DNA of 64,000 nt from Cyanophora paradoxa CCMP329 (Eukaryota > Plantae > Glaucophyta): the NCBI GenBank assembly GCA_004431415.1, contig QPMI01000709.1:186001-250000 (forward strand). The letters are read 5' to 3'. The notes below the pieces were generated by a model, which worked only from the letters and a program-made list of their open reading frames with translations, was not told the DNA's origin and ran no database searches. The stretch's first letter is position 1, and each line of letters begins with the position of its first letter. Below are positions 1 to 12,112 of the stretch, piece by piece. The position numbers and the translations under genes are program-made.

Positions 1-150
1 GGCGCCGGGCGCCGCCTAGCTAGTCATCGCTGGTGTACCCAGCCGAGCTCACCGTACCCCCGCCGAAAGAACCCAGCGCGCGAGGCAGCGCGATCCGAGC
101 CACGCGCCAGTTTCCGAAGCTAAGGCCAGCACATTTGAGACCAATCGGCA

Positions 151-1091
151 ATGGCAGGTGCGTCTTCGCGCTTCTCCCCGTCCCGTCGATGTGCTTTCGC
201 GCGGCGGGACGCTAACGCCGCGCGCGATTTCGCAACGGCAGGCAAGAGGAAGTCGTGCGTGAACTCATGCGGTTCCGAAGCCGCGCGTCCTAGCTGCGAA
301 GCTGATCCTCGGCATTTGAACAATACAGGGAGGGCGCGGAGAAGGAGGAGGAGAAGCCGCAGCGCCGCAGTAGCCGGTGGGTAGATTGAATGACTCGTAG
401 AACAGAATCGGACCGGGCGTCCGCGAGCAGGTGGGTCGCCGTCAATGACTGACGCCCGGGGGTCCGCGCAGGCTTTCGGGGACGTCCGACAAGGCCGAGA
501 AGCCCAAGGCAGAGCCGAAGCCGGCGAAGCGCAAGAGCGGTGAGGGCCGCGCGTGCGATCGCGGCCCGCGGGGCGCCGCCGACGGGCGGAGCAGAGCCGA
601 AGAAGAAGGCCGCGAAGGAGGAGGAGCCGAGCGAGGAGGAGGCCGAGAAGAGCGAGGAGGAGGAGCAGAAGCCCAAGAAGGGCAAGGCGGCCCCTGCCAA
701 GAAGGAGACCAAGAAGCCGGCCAAGGCCGACAAGCCGAAGGAGGCCGCCAAGGACGAGGAGGAGAAGGAAGCCGACAAGGACGACGAGGAGAAGGAGGAG
801 GCGAAGCCCAAGGCTGCAGCCGGCAAGGGTCGGCGCCGCCCGCCGCGCCCCCGCGCCCCCGCGGCCCCTGACGGCCCGCCGGGCAGGCAAGGGCAAGGGC
901 AAGGGCAAGGGCAAGGGCAAGGGCGGCAAGCCCGACGAGGAGGAGGGTGTGCACGCGCCCGCGGCCCGCGGCTTCGCGCGCGCTCGCTGACGTGCAGCGT
1001 AGCGGGGCCGGCAGAGGAGCCGAAGCCGCCGGTCGACGTCTTGGTGCTGTACGAGCTCACCTGCGCGAAGGTCCTCGCTGGCACCTTCTAG
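151..1091 (+). CDS. Small Lys/Glu-rich protein with HMGN-like N-terminal nucleosome-binding motif (7 exons)
   Basis: Exons 151-157, 242-254, 329-376, 472-539, 595-828, 887-946 and 1015-1091 are joined by GT-AG introns in a consistent frame. Translation: MAGKRKSEGAEKEEEKPQRRSSRLSGTSDKAEKPKAEPKPAKRKSEPKKKAAKEEE...GKGKGK...PDEEEEEPKPPVDVLVLYELTCAKVLAGTF*. The last acceptor is ambiguous (AG at 997 or 1014). Confidence 0.75.
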
Positions 1092-1356
1092 GCGGACGGG
1101 CGCCTGCGACTGCGCCTTCCCCCGCCCCGCCGGGGGCCCGGGGCCCCCGGGGCCGCCCGCTGCTTTTTTCAATGCAGTAACAATAATACCACGCTCGTTC
1201 TTCCGCATGCGCCCCCGCGAGAGCATGCCCCGCCCCACCCAGGTCTACCCCCGGTGCCGATCGCGCGCCGCGCCCGGAGGGCTCAAGATACTGTGGCGAA
1301 CTGTCCTGGTTGAAAGAAGGGAGGGGGAAGCTTAAAGGGGCCGCCCGCGCCCGCGC

Positions 1357-4300
1357 CTAGGCCTTGAGGGCGAAGGAGACCTGGGGCTTGCCCGGGACGG
1401 CGAACTCTTTCCTGTTCTCGGGGTCCTCGGCGGCGGGGTCCGAGGTGCGGGCGACGGAGAGGGCGCCGGCGGGGAGCTCGAGCTGCTTGCAGAGCCACGC
1501 GAGGTTCTCCTGCAGCACCGCCACCTGCACACCCAGAACGACGCAGGTCAGGTCAGGCCGAGCCCGGGGCCTCCCCCTCGCCTCCCCCTCCGCCCCGCTC
1601 CCCCCGCGGACCTCATCGAAGGGCATGACGAGCTCGAAGGCCTCCACGCCGCGCGCCTCCGAGTCCTCCTTCACGTACCTGGCGGCCTCCTTCTCAGGGG
1701 CGGGGCCGAGGCGGGGCGGGCGCAGGGGCGCGGCGGGCGCTCGCGCACCCGATGAGCGGCATGAGCTTCTTCCAGTTGGCCTCGACGCTGGGGACGGCCC
1801 GCAGGCGCGGGATGGTGTCGGCCGGCCAGCTGCCCTTGGCGCCCTCGTAGATGGCGCGAGCCGTCGTGAGGAAGTCCTGGTGGTACTGCGGGAACTCGCC
1901 GGCGACGAGGACGACGCCGCGCTCGACCTCGACCTTGGCGGGGGGCGCGCCGCCCTTGGCGCCGCCCTTCTTGGGCTTGGAGAGCTTCTCGAGGCGCTCG
2001 CGGAAGGCGGAGACGGTCTTGGCGAGGAAGTCAGTGGCGCGGGAGAGGGCGCGGTCCACGGGGCCGGCGGCGGGGAAGGGGGCGTCGATGATGAAGCCCT
2101 TGCGGTGGAGGAGGTGCCGCCAGACGTGCTCGGACCAGTGCGGGCAGATGGGGGCGAGCAGGAGGGCCTGCGCCTCGACGAACTGGAGGGCGAGGTCGGC
2201 GTGCATCGTCTCCACCGAGGCGCGGTACGTGTCCTTGGCGATCTGGAGGTCGAAGAAGCCGGACTTGAGGGCGTCGCGGAAGAGCATGCGGTCGAAGGCG
2301 CGCCCCGCGTTTTCGACGCAGCGGTTCATCTCGTTGCGGAAGACGCGGTCGGCGAAGAGGGCGTCCGAGGGGCCCGTGCGGAGCTTGCCGGCCGCCGCCT
2401 GCTCGACGATCTCCTTGCAGAGGTTGAGGTTCGTGGTGAGGCGCAGGATGGCCATGTTGGCCGTGTCCACCTCGAAGTTGGCGTCGTAGCCGCCGTCGCC
2501 GGCGTTGGCCAGCGCGAAACGCATGCCGTCCGCCGAGTACTCCTCCACCGCCTCGATCAGCGTCTTGAAGTTGCCCGTCGACTTGGACATCTTCTCGGCG
2601 TTGAGGAGGAGGTGCCCGTTGGTGCGGATGCCCCGCGGCCAGTGCTTCTTCGCGAAGATGCCGACGTGGTTGTACAGGAAGAACGTAAGGTGGTTGTTGA
2701 TCAGGTCCTTGCCCGAGCAGCGGAGGTCCACGGGGTACCAGAAGTTGAACTCCTTCTTCATCTTCGCCAGCGCCGCCTCCGGGATCTCCGTCTCGCCCTT
2801 GGGGTACGGCGCGTCCAGCAGGATGTGGTCCCACACCTGCCGGGGGGCCCGCTCAGCAACGAAGTTCCTGGAATGTACGCGAGATGCGAGGGCGGCGGGG
2901 CGGCGGGGCGGGCCTTGTGGGTGAGCTGCTCGGCGCGGATGTTGAGGGGCCCCGGGGCGGAGCCGTCGACGACGCCGCCCTGGAGGAGGTGCGCGAAGGT
3001 GTAGAAGGCCATGTAGATGGTCGAGTCGGAGAGGGAGTCGATGAGGTACTGCTTGTCCCACGGCAGCCGCGTCCCCAGCCCGTACGTCCGCGAGCACGCC
3101 CACTCCCGCAGCCACGCCAGCGTCGCGTTGAACGCGTTCCGCGTCTCGTCCGAGAAGAGCTGCCGGCCAGACCGTTAGAGCCTCGCGAGCAGTCAAATCT
3201 TGTGCAGGAGGCCGCGCACCTCGAGGGAGGCGAGGCACTCCTCGGTGAGCTTGCGCCAGGACTCCTCGCCGTAGTCCAGGTAGTACTGGTCGGTGAGGCA
3301 CACGACGCACTCGTCGCCCGAGCGGGACATCACCAGGCCCTCCGGCTCGCTGTACCGCGCCGCCGTCCTTCCCAGGCAAGGGTCGTCAGAGGCGCGGGAG
3401 ACTTCGAAGCAAGTACTAGCTAAACCGCGCGCGCACCCGGCGGCGAGCATCTCGTCGCGGATGATGGGCTTGGCGTCCTGCACCTTCTTGCCGGCGTGCG
3501 GGCCGACGAGGAGCACGCCCTCGTAGAAGCCCTTGAGGTACGTCGCCTCCTTCGCCTTGGCCAGCAGCTCCCGGTCGTTCTGGCTCTTGATCTTGAGCTG
3601 CGTGCACACCGTGACCGCCGACTGGTCCCCGTACTGCGCGCGCGCGACACGTAGCAATCAGAATCCGACCCGCCTCGCGTACTCTCATCATCAAAGACGA
3701 CGGGAGCGCGTGCCTCGGGGATGTTGATGATGGGGACGACCTCGAAGGGCACGACCATCTCGTCGGTGATGCCGTACTTCTGCCGCAGCTGCGGCTTGTT
3801 CTTCAGGTCCATCAGCGCCACGTAGTCGTCCGGCGCGTCCGACGGCACGCTGCGCGGGCGCGGGCGCGGGCGCGGGCGTCGCTGAGCTCCCCTCCGAGAG
3901 GCCTGGGGCGGGGGGGTGGGGCAGGGCGGACCTCGTGACGATGCCGGTGCCCTTGCCGGTGCTGATGGTGAGCATCGGGAGGGCGTAGACGCGCTCGTAC
4001 TTGAGGGCGTTGGGGGCCTTCAGGGGCAGGCCCAGCAGGTCGGTGCCCTTGACCGTCGCCAGCAGCTTCACCTTGCCCTCCTCGGGGCTCATCCCCTGGA
4101 ACGCCATGTCTGCGCGCACGCACGAGCCCCCGCCGCCAGGCGTCAGGCGCGCCGGCCCCGCGCGTCCCGCAGCTCGAGGGCGCGCACTGCGGGCGGCGCG
4201 GGCCGTGCAGACGAAGACCTCGCCCTCGTTCGTCTCGTACGCGCCGTACTGCGCGCCGCGCGCTCGCCGCTCAGACGGGAGCTCGCGTCCGGAGGCGGCC

Positions 4301-5875
4301 CCTCTCACCTCGCCGTCGGGGAGGACCCAGCAGTTGGTCTGCCCGTACATCGTCTCCGGGCGCAGCGTCGCCGCCGCAAGGAAGACCTTGCGGCCCTGCG
4401 AACGAAGCGCCTCGGACGAGGCTGTACCCGGCGGCGTGCGAAGGGAGCGCGCACGGCGAGGGCCTGCAGGGCCGCCGGGAACGGCTCCAGGACCTGCAGC
4501 TTGATGATCGTGTACTCCTGCGCCGAAAATGAGTGAGCCCGTACCCACAAAAGGGGAGGGGGGGGGGTGTGGACCTGGGGGAGGACGCCCTCGCCGGACT
4601 GGCGGTCGTGGTCCATGCAGGGCTGGCCGTCGAGGGGCGAGTAGATGGTGTAGCGCTTGCCGAACTTGATCTTGCCGAGCGCCTTCAGCGTCTCGAACTG
4701 CCACTGGATGAACGAGTCGTAGTACGGGTTCACCTGCGCGCCGCCGCTCGTCTCGAGACGCCGGCCGGGGCGGCGCGGCGCGAGGCGGGAGGAGCGGGGT
4801 CACGTGGGTGGTGATGAAGGAGCGGCGCCAGTCGACGTGGAGGCCCATGCGCAGCAGGTCGGCCTTCGCAAGGGGCGGGAAGTAGCGGAGCCAGTGCTCC
4901 GCCTGCCGGCCGTGCGTGAGGAAGGCCCGCCGCGCGGGGCACCGGCGCCGCGGGGGGTGCGCACGTCCTGGAAGGCGGGGATCTCCTCCTCGGGCACGCC
5001 CATGCTCGCCAGGATGTCCCACTGCCGCGTGGACTTGCCCGACTTGGCCGCCGCCTTGCTCTACGCGGCGCCGGTGCCCAGCCGTCAGCCGCGCCCCCGG
5101 CCGCATCGCAAGCCCCCGGCCCCGCCCCCCGCCCCGCCCTCGCTCGCCTTCTTGCCCGTGAACTTGAGGAGATCACCCTCCCCCTTCTCCTTCGTCGTTG
5201 CCGCCTTCTCCTCTGCGCGCCGCGTGAGGGGCGCCGCGCGCGGCGCCGCGCTGGCGCGCGCGGCCGCACCGTCGTCGGGGAACTCGGGCGGGCACCCGAA
5301 TTGCTCGATCTCCTTCTTCAGCTTGTCGGCGCAGGCCTTGATCGGCATGCCCGTGCAGTGGAAGCCGAACGGGAAGAGGGCGCGCTCGCCGCGCATCCGC
5401 CGATACGACACGCCGAACTCGCACTTGGACAGCGAGAAAGCGTGGCCCAGGTGCAGACGCCCGTTCACGTAGGGATACGGGAACGTCACGAGGAACCTGC
5501 GGCGAGGTCAGCACATCGCGCCTGCCGCCCGCGTTCCGACGCCATACGGCCGACACACGCCGGGAGCCGCGAGCACCGCCGGGCGCTCACAGCCGCGGAG
5601 CTCCGTCGGCCGGCATATCTAATGCGACGCCCTCGGCGGCGCCGAGTACTGGCGCACTTGGTCACGCCGGCGGCCTCCTCAGGCGCGTCCAGCTCGAATG
5701 CCTTGGCATCGTACCAGAGCTTCTGAACATCCTTCTCGATCTTCAGGAGTTCGTCGCGGCGTGCGAACGACGCCGGCGCCTGCGCGGAGGCCGACCTGGG
5801 CATCAGCAGCGGAGCGGGTGGCTGCCTATAGCCAGCGCAAAAACGCTTGCGCACCGCCTTCTCTTTGGTCGCCAT
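1357..5875 (-). CDS. LARS1: Cytosolic (eukaryote/archaeal-type) leucyl-tRNA synthetase, multi-exon
   Basis: Exons give [15 protein letters not shown] (HIGH motif), [51 protein letters not shown] (editing domain), [10 protein letters not shown] and [10 protein letters not shown] (KMSKS motif). Confidence 0.97.
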
Positions 5876-6299
5876 GCCGACGGCTGGCGCGAACAAAAAG
5901 TGGCGATCGAGCGGGGGGGGGCGACCGGCGGCAGGGTACGTCGGCCTTGCAGTGAGCTTGGTACACACGTGTGTGCGGCGCATTGGTTGTGTTTTTCTCG
6001 GTCTCCAGAGCTCGAGATGGATTATCTTAATGCCCATCAACGTCCCGACGACTATACTCCCAAGCTCCAGTCCGGAGTCGCGCGGCCGGTTGAACGTGTA
6101 CGTGTACTCGTGCGGTACTTAGCCTAGTAGGAGAGAGAGCGACAGAGAGCGACGTCAGGCCTCGATCGAGCTTAAGCCTTCACGCGTACGCCACTAGATC
6201 TACCCGGCCCGACGGCCTTGCAGCTGCTGCGCATGCTCGAACCCCCCTGCCGCTAGGCGCTCGGCTAGCACGGATTCATGATTCTCGGCTTTCGGCGCA

Positions 6300-8050
6300 C
6301 CTACACCCGCCTGCTCCCTCGCTAGTGCTATGCCTAGCGAACGCCTTCTTCGAATCCCCGTCGCCGTACGCGTTCTGTTGTCCTCTGCCTTCGATCGGGC
6401 GCCTTTCTCTGAAGAACCTGCGTTTGGGCACGATAGTCTTTACGCTTCTCCATTCTCTGATGCATAAAGCGGCGGCCGCACCTAGGCCTGCTGGTTTTAG
6501 CTTCTCCCCCGTGCTAGCGAATATTTAATCCGCTCAACTCACAAGATCTGGTGATTGTGCTCTTAATTATAAGCTTGATCACCTACATGACTCAGGGTAT
6601 CAGATGCCTAGCCTCTTATCCACACCTCTAGATCTAGTGGTGATTTATCTCTTGCAGTGATTGCAGGTGCTTCGATTAGCTTGGATCCATGCGCATGCAT
6701 GGTTACGTGGTTAGACTATATATATAGCTATAGCTATATATTTTATTTATATGTCGACGTCTGAGCTGGCTTGGGCATATGCATGTCTAGATCTAGATCT
6801 TATACATACTATATATTCAAGGCTTCTTCTTCTATGTCTGATCATGATCATGAGGCGGCCAGTTCGATGCATATATATGATGCTATCCACCATATAGGCC
6901 AGTTTGACTTTGTCGAATTCCTTGATGAACTTGTTGATTTCGAGGCAGCTCTCTGGTCCGACGGTCTGAGGACAAAGCTCAAGTTAACCTTTATTTGTCC
7001 TCCAAGTACGCTACCTTAAGCTTCCCTTATTCGCTAGCGCTATTGGATGAAGGCGTCACAGTGTGCCCCTCTTCTCTGACCGACCATTTCTCTCAGTCTG
7101 TTCTCCAACCATTTCTAGATCTCAGTCTGCAGATTATCGGATAGGTCTATATAGTCACTGAGTCCTGCTCTCTGACCATTTCTCCCAGTCTGCTCCGAGG
7201 CTCTAGATCTAGATCTCCCACGATTTCTTAGTCGACACCCTTTTACAGTACTTTCAAAAAAGTTTTGTCGACCGTTGGACCGGTTTTTTTCACTTAAGCT
7301 TGGGCCTTGGCCATATGGTCTTCTGCTTCCAATCCTTTCCACTGCCGTGAAACGTTTCACTTTGCTTGTTGAATTCGAACTCCCTGCAACTCACGTGCAC
7401 CCTTTTATATAATTAACGTTCATTTGGCCTCGAGATCTTGTGCACGTGAGCAGTACTAGTACTAGTACTAGTGTGGCAATTTTTGCAAGCTCGAGCGCTC
7501 AAATCCCCGCCGCCGGGCCGCGCCTGTGTCATTAATATTGCAATTGGCCGCACGGCTAACTTAAGCTTGGCAATTCGCGCAAGTACAAGTCAAGCTCAAA
7601 TCCCCGCCGGCCGGGATCTTAACGCGTACGTAGGAACTTCGGAAGCTTAATTAAATATCATGATATTAGGCTGTACCGTAGTACGTTGACGTATACGTGA
7701 AAACGTTCATGGGGTACATCTTGACCGTCGGACTTGGAGCTTGCACTGGGGTATGCAAGCTGCACATGCAGCTGGGGGCCTGGGGCCGGCCCGGGCCCGG
7801 CCCCATCTCCAGTCTGCCAGACTGCGCAGTGCGCACTGCGCAGTGCGCACTGCGCACTGCGCACTGCCGCAGTGCGCAGCTGTACAATGTACATGTGCGG
7901 CGATGATGTGCCAGTTCCTGTCACAGACTCACAGTCGCTGTGTGCCGATTCGGTCTAAGGAATCGACGCTTCGAATCTAGCCCGACGAATCACGTGTGAT
8001 ATCACTGATATGCACCGCGAACACGCAGTAGGTTGTGAACACACTCCAAC
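6300..8050 (-). mobile_element. Highly degenerate LTR-retrotransposon-like remnant (gag-like)
   Basis: AT-richer block. The minus strand has a broken CCHC-like knuckle (TCNHCKR*..H near 6640-6670) and a gag-like stretch EINKFIKEFDKVKLAYMW (~6885-6940). TGTTGG on the minus strand at 8050 could be an LTR start. No intact ORF. Confidence 0.3.
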
Positions 8051-8504
8051 ATGTTCAGCTTATATGATTGCATATCCTCTAATATATATGTATTCTGGGG
8101 CCCGACATTGAGATATATAAGACCCTAGGCGGCGTACTTAGTACCTAGCCGGCGCACCGGTTGCAATTGCTGGCGGCCGCTGCAGCTGCATGCAGCTGGC
8201 CGGTTGGCCGCGTGGCGCCGGACATGCAGCCGGCTCGTGACCCAAGTTTAAATCGAGGGGGGTACAACGGCTCCAACTGATCATGCAGTCTGGGATGCTT
8301 TTTTTTTCAAGGAATCTTGGGCGCCGCCTGGAAAGAGCGCTCCCGCCATCCTCCCTGCCGCTCGAAGTATCTGCTGCAGCTGCGCGCGCTCACTGATCAA
8401 AAATAGTTTAGAGCAGGCCTGAGGACATCCCAGCTCGTGGTCACAGCCTAGACCTAGCCCGCCGCGCCGCATCAGCGGCGCGTGCAGGTTCCAGACAGGA
8501 GGCA

Positions 8505-9665
8505 ATGTCGCCCAGCAACAGGCTCACGCAGCTGCCGTTTTTCGACATCACCGGCGAGCAGCGACTCCTTGATTGCCCTGTCGGGCGCGATGGGCTCGTG
8601 CGCGTTGCTTCGGACGATTGGTGTGACCTGATTGAGGTGAGCACCTCATGATGAGCTCCCGCGCGCCGCGAATCCTCCCTGATCTCGGAATATTCAGGTC
8701 TTGGCGCGTGAGCTGAACGTGCCGTACGCCGCGCTCCTGCGGCACCCGAAGTACGGCCAGTCGCTGGAGGCGGTCCATGACCTGATGGAGACCGGTGTCT
8801 ACGAGCTCCCGGACGACTCACCGATGAGACCCCTGCGTGAGCGGAGGTTCCGTGAGCGGCGGGAAATCTTCGAGAAGCGTGCCGCGGCGGTGGCGGCCGG
8901 CGGTTACGTCGCCAGTCCGGTGTCGCCGCGGACGGCGAAGCGGCCGTGGCAGCTGCCGGAGCTGGATCCAAGCACCTACGGCGAATACGACCCGAGCTCA
9001 AAGTCCGCGCTCGGCTCCTTCGTCGACTGGCCCTCGCCCCGCGTGGTCCGTAGTCAAACCGGTTCGCGTGCCGTCGGCGTTGTTGACCCCGTGCGTAGAT
9101 CTTGCGCCGGAGGCTGGCAAGCCGCAGCGATGACTCAGACACGGGTCACGTGTCGGAGGGCGAGCCAGCGTCGGCGGCTCGGTCGTCCATGGACACCAGC
9201 TGCAGCGAGGAGGCCGCGGCGCGCCCGATGCTCCGCCTCGACTGCCTTTCTGGCACCAGCCCGGTGTCCTCTGGCCTGTCGCGGGCGTCGGGGAGCCCGT
9301 CGGCGGAGGAGGTGCTGGCGTGCAAGCGGGAGCGGCAGGCGCAGGAGGAGGCCTGCGAGGCCTCGTGCAAGCGCTCGCGGCGCGACCCGATGAGCGCCGC
9401 CTCGGCCGCCTCGCCCGGCCTCAGCTTCTCGGGCAGCTCCTCCCCCGCCCCCCTCTCCGCCGCCTCCGCCTCCTCCCTCTCCTCCGCCTCCTCCTCCTGC
9501 TCCTCCGCCCGGCCCCGCCGCGTGCGCCGCGCCCCGCGGCAGCAGACCGCCTGCCAGGCCTCGCGGAGCCGCAGCGAGGGCCTCGCCGGCCTGTCCAAGT
9601 CCCTCGACATCAACTTTTCGGAGCTCCTCTCTTCCCACATGTGCTCGGTCGCCATCCAGGCCTAG
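8505..9665 (+). CDS. Hypothetical protein, paralogue A of an inverted pair (3 exons)
   Basis: MSPSNRLTQLPFFDITGEQRLLDCPVGRDGLVRVASDDWCDLIE | VLARELNVPYAALLRHPKYGQSLEAV...WPSPRV | ILRRRLAS...SVAIQA*. Introns are at the same positions as in paralogue B. Confidence 0.8.
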
Positions 9666-11206
9666 GCGAAGCCGATTCTTGTCACTTTCACGCCGTAGCT
9701 TGCGGTCTTTCGCTTTAGTGGGCTCTTCATGCAATGGGGGATTCACATATTCTGCGCGTTCGCAGTGTAACATAATGTAACTACAATTTTCCGCCTTCGG
9801 GCCCAGCTGGCAGATGTTCGTCCTGTTTGTACATTTTTCCCAGACGGACACTACGTCGGCTGTACTATTACGTAGCTCAGTAGCTTAGTATGTCTGATAG
9901 ACAAGCTGCAGCGGCAGCGCCTGTCGTGTACATATCCTGCGGTGTAATTTAACAAGGTCGCCTGCTTGCAAACCCCTGTGACTTGCGAGGCCCGGGGGCG
10001 TGGTCGTGGCGCCGCGCGTGGGCGCCGGGCAACCGGGCCGGGCTCAGGGCCCCTCCGACGGCCCGAGGGCTCATGCCATGATGGACATGATCCGATGATC
10101 ACTGATCATGAGAACGACTACACATGATCCGTTAGTCCGCTCAGCGTCTGCAGCCCTACCTGCGGGGCCCGCGCGCGGCCCCGGCGTGCGGCCCGGGGCA
10201 GCCTGAAAGGCCCGGACCCGGGGCGCCGCCGGGCCGGCCCGGGCCCCGGACCGTCGGACCCGCCGCCGGGGCCGGGCCCCGGGCCCGGCCGCGGGGGCCG
10301 GGGCCGGGGGCCCGGCCCGGGGCCCGGCCTGCCACACTGTGACATTATCCCACATAGGGCCCCCGGGCCCGGTCCCGATCAAGAGCCGGGTCACCGGATG
10401 CCGGACGGCGCCCGATCCGGACCATGCCCGCGGCCCCGCGCGGCGCGGCCGGCCACCCCCGTGCCGCGGCGCACAATGCAAGCCCGTGACTCAGTGATAA
10501 GTCAGAAAATTGAAAGCGATCGATATCATTGCATTTTTCATTCTGATTATACGAGAGACTTGTACAAGATCGAATAATGAACTGTCGATAAGTTGAATTA
10601 CAGAGGATGCGAGGGCTGCCGAACTACATTACTTTATACTAGGAACATCAAGTACAGGGTAACTGCTCCGTAGGAACAAGAAGCTAGAGCTTCTGCACTT
10701 ATGTACAGCCTGACGACTGAATAACTTATTGTGCTGCGAGGTTTCAAAACACGATGAAAGATAAGAGCGAAAAAGCAGTTGGAGGAAGGCCGGGCGCCGC
10801 TCATGCGAGAGGGGCGGTGGCCGACTGCGCGAAGTGGGAGGAGAGCAGCTGGGAGAGGGTGTGGTCCAGCGTCTTGGACAGGCCGGCGAGGCCCTCGCTG
10901 CGGCTCCGCGAGGCCTGGCAGGCGGTCTGCTGTCGCGGGGCGCGGCGCACGCGGCGGGGCCGGGCGGAGGAGCAGGAGGAGGAGGCGGAGGATAGAGAGG
11001 AGGCGGAGGCGGCGGAGAGGGGGGCGGGGGAGGAGCTGCCCGAGAAGCTGAGGCCGGGCGAGGCGGCCGAGGCGGCGCTCATCGGGTCGCGCCGCGAGCG
11101 CTTGCACGAGGCCTCGCAGGCCTCCTCCTGCGCCTGCCGCTCCCGCTTGCACGCCAGCACCTCCTCCGCCGACGGGCTCCCCGACGCCCGCGACAGGCCA
11201 GAGGAC
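9266..11206. repeat. 334-bp near-perfect inverted repeat (arms 9266-9599 and 10873-11206)
   Basis: Base-by-base comparison found 3 mismatches, all synonymous. Sequence outside the arms diverges. Confidence 0.9.
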
Positions 11207-12112
11207 GAGGGGCCGGAGACGGGGCCGAGGGAGGCGCGGCGGAAGGGGTTGGGGAAGCGGAGGACGTTGGGGCGGAGCTCGTCGCCCGGGCGGGAGGAGG
11301 AGAGGCAGCCGGCGGTGGGAGTGGTCGGGGGCACCGACGGCCGCGCCGGCTCCTCCGCGAAGAGCGAGTCGACCGCGCCGCAGTCAGCGGCGACAGCCGC
11401 GCACGCCGCCGCCTCGCACGACGCGGAGGCCTCCGGCTCGCCGCGGAGGACGCGCACGGGGCGGGATGACTGGACCGAGATGTTGTGCCTCCGGTGCAGG
11501 ATCTGCGGTCAGAGGCGTCAGGCGCGCGGAGCGGAGCATAGACACGGGATGGGCTGACCACGCGGGGCGAGGGCCAGTCAACGAAGGAGCCGAGCGCGGA
11601 CTTTGAGCCGGGCTCGTAGTCACGGAAGGTGCTCACGTCCAGCTCGGGCAGCCGCCACGGGCGCTTGGCGCTCCGCGGCGAGACGGGGTTGGCAATGTAG
11701 CCGCCGGCAGCCACCGCCGCGGCGCGCTTCTCGAAGACCGCCTTCCGCTCCGCGAAGCGCCTCTCGCGGAGGCCGAGCGCGGGTGCCTCGGCGGGCAGCT
11801 CGTAGACACCGGTCTCAATGAGGCTTCGGACCGCCTCCAGCGACTGGCCGTACTTCGGGTGCCGAAGGAGCGCGGCGTACGGCACGTTCAGCTCACGCGC
11901 CAAGACCTGCGCGGAAAACCTGTCATGATCCAGCACGCGAGACAGGACAGGGCGGAGCGCGCGCGCGTGCAGCTCAAGTGATCGCGCACCTGGATCAGCT
12001 CGCACCAGACGCCGGAGGGAACGCGGATGCAGGCGTCCTGTCCTACGCGGAAGTCGAGATACCGCTGGTGGCCGACGACGTCGAAGAAGGGAAGGCACGA
12101 CGGGCGAGACAT
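10801..12112 (-). CDS. Hypothetical protein, paralogue B of an inverted pair (3 exons)
   Basis: MSRPSCLPFFDVVGHQRYLDFRVGQDACIRVPSGVWCELIQ | VLARELNVPYAALLRHPKYGQSLEAV...WPSPRV | ILHRRHNISVQSSRP...ATAPLA*. Homologous to 8505-9665. Confidence 0.8.

Noticed and set aside
1364-3004. Long 546-aa plus-strand ORF and many similar long Arg/Pro/Gly-rich ORFs (e.g. 23381-25459, 120-1238)
   Set aside because: They are antisense shadows of real GC-rich genes; stop codons are rare at this GC content.
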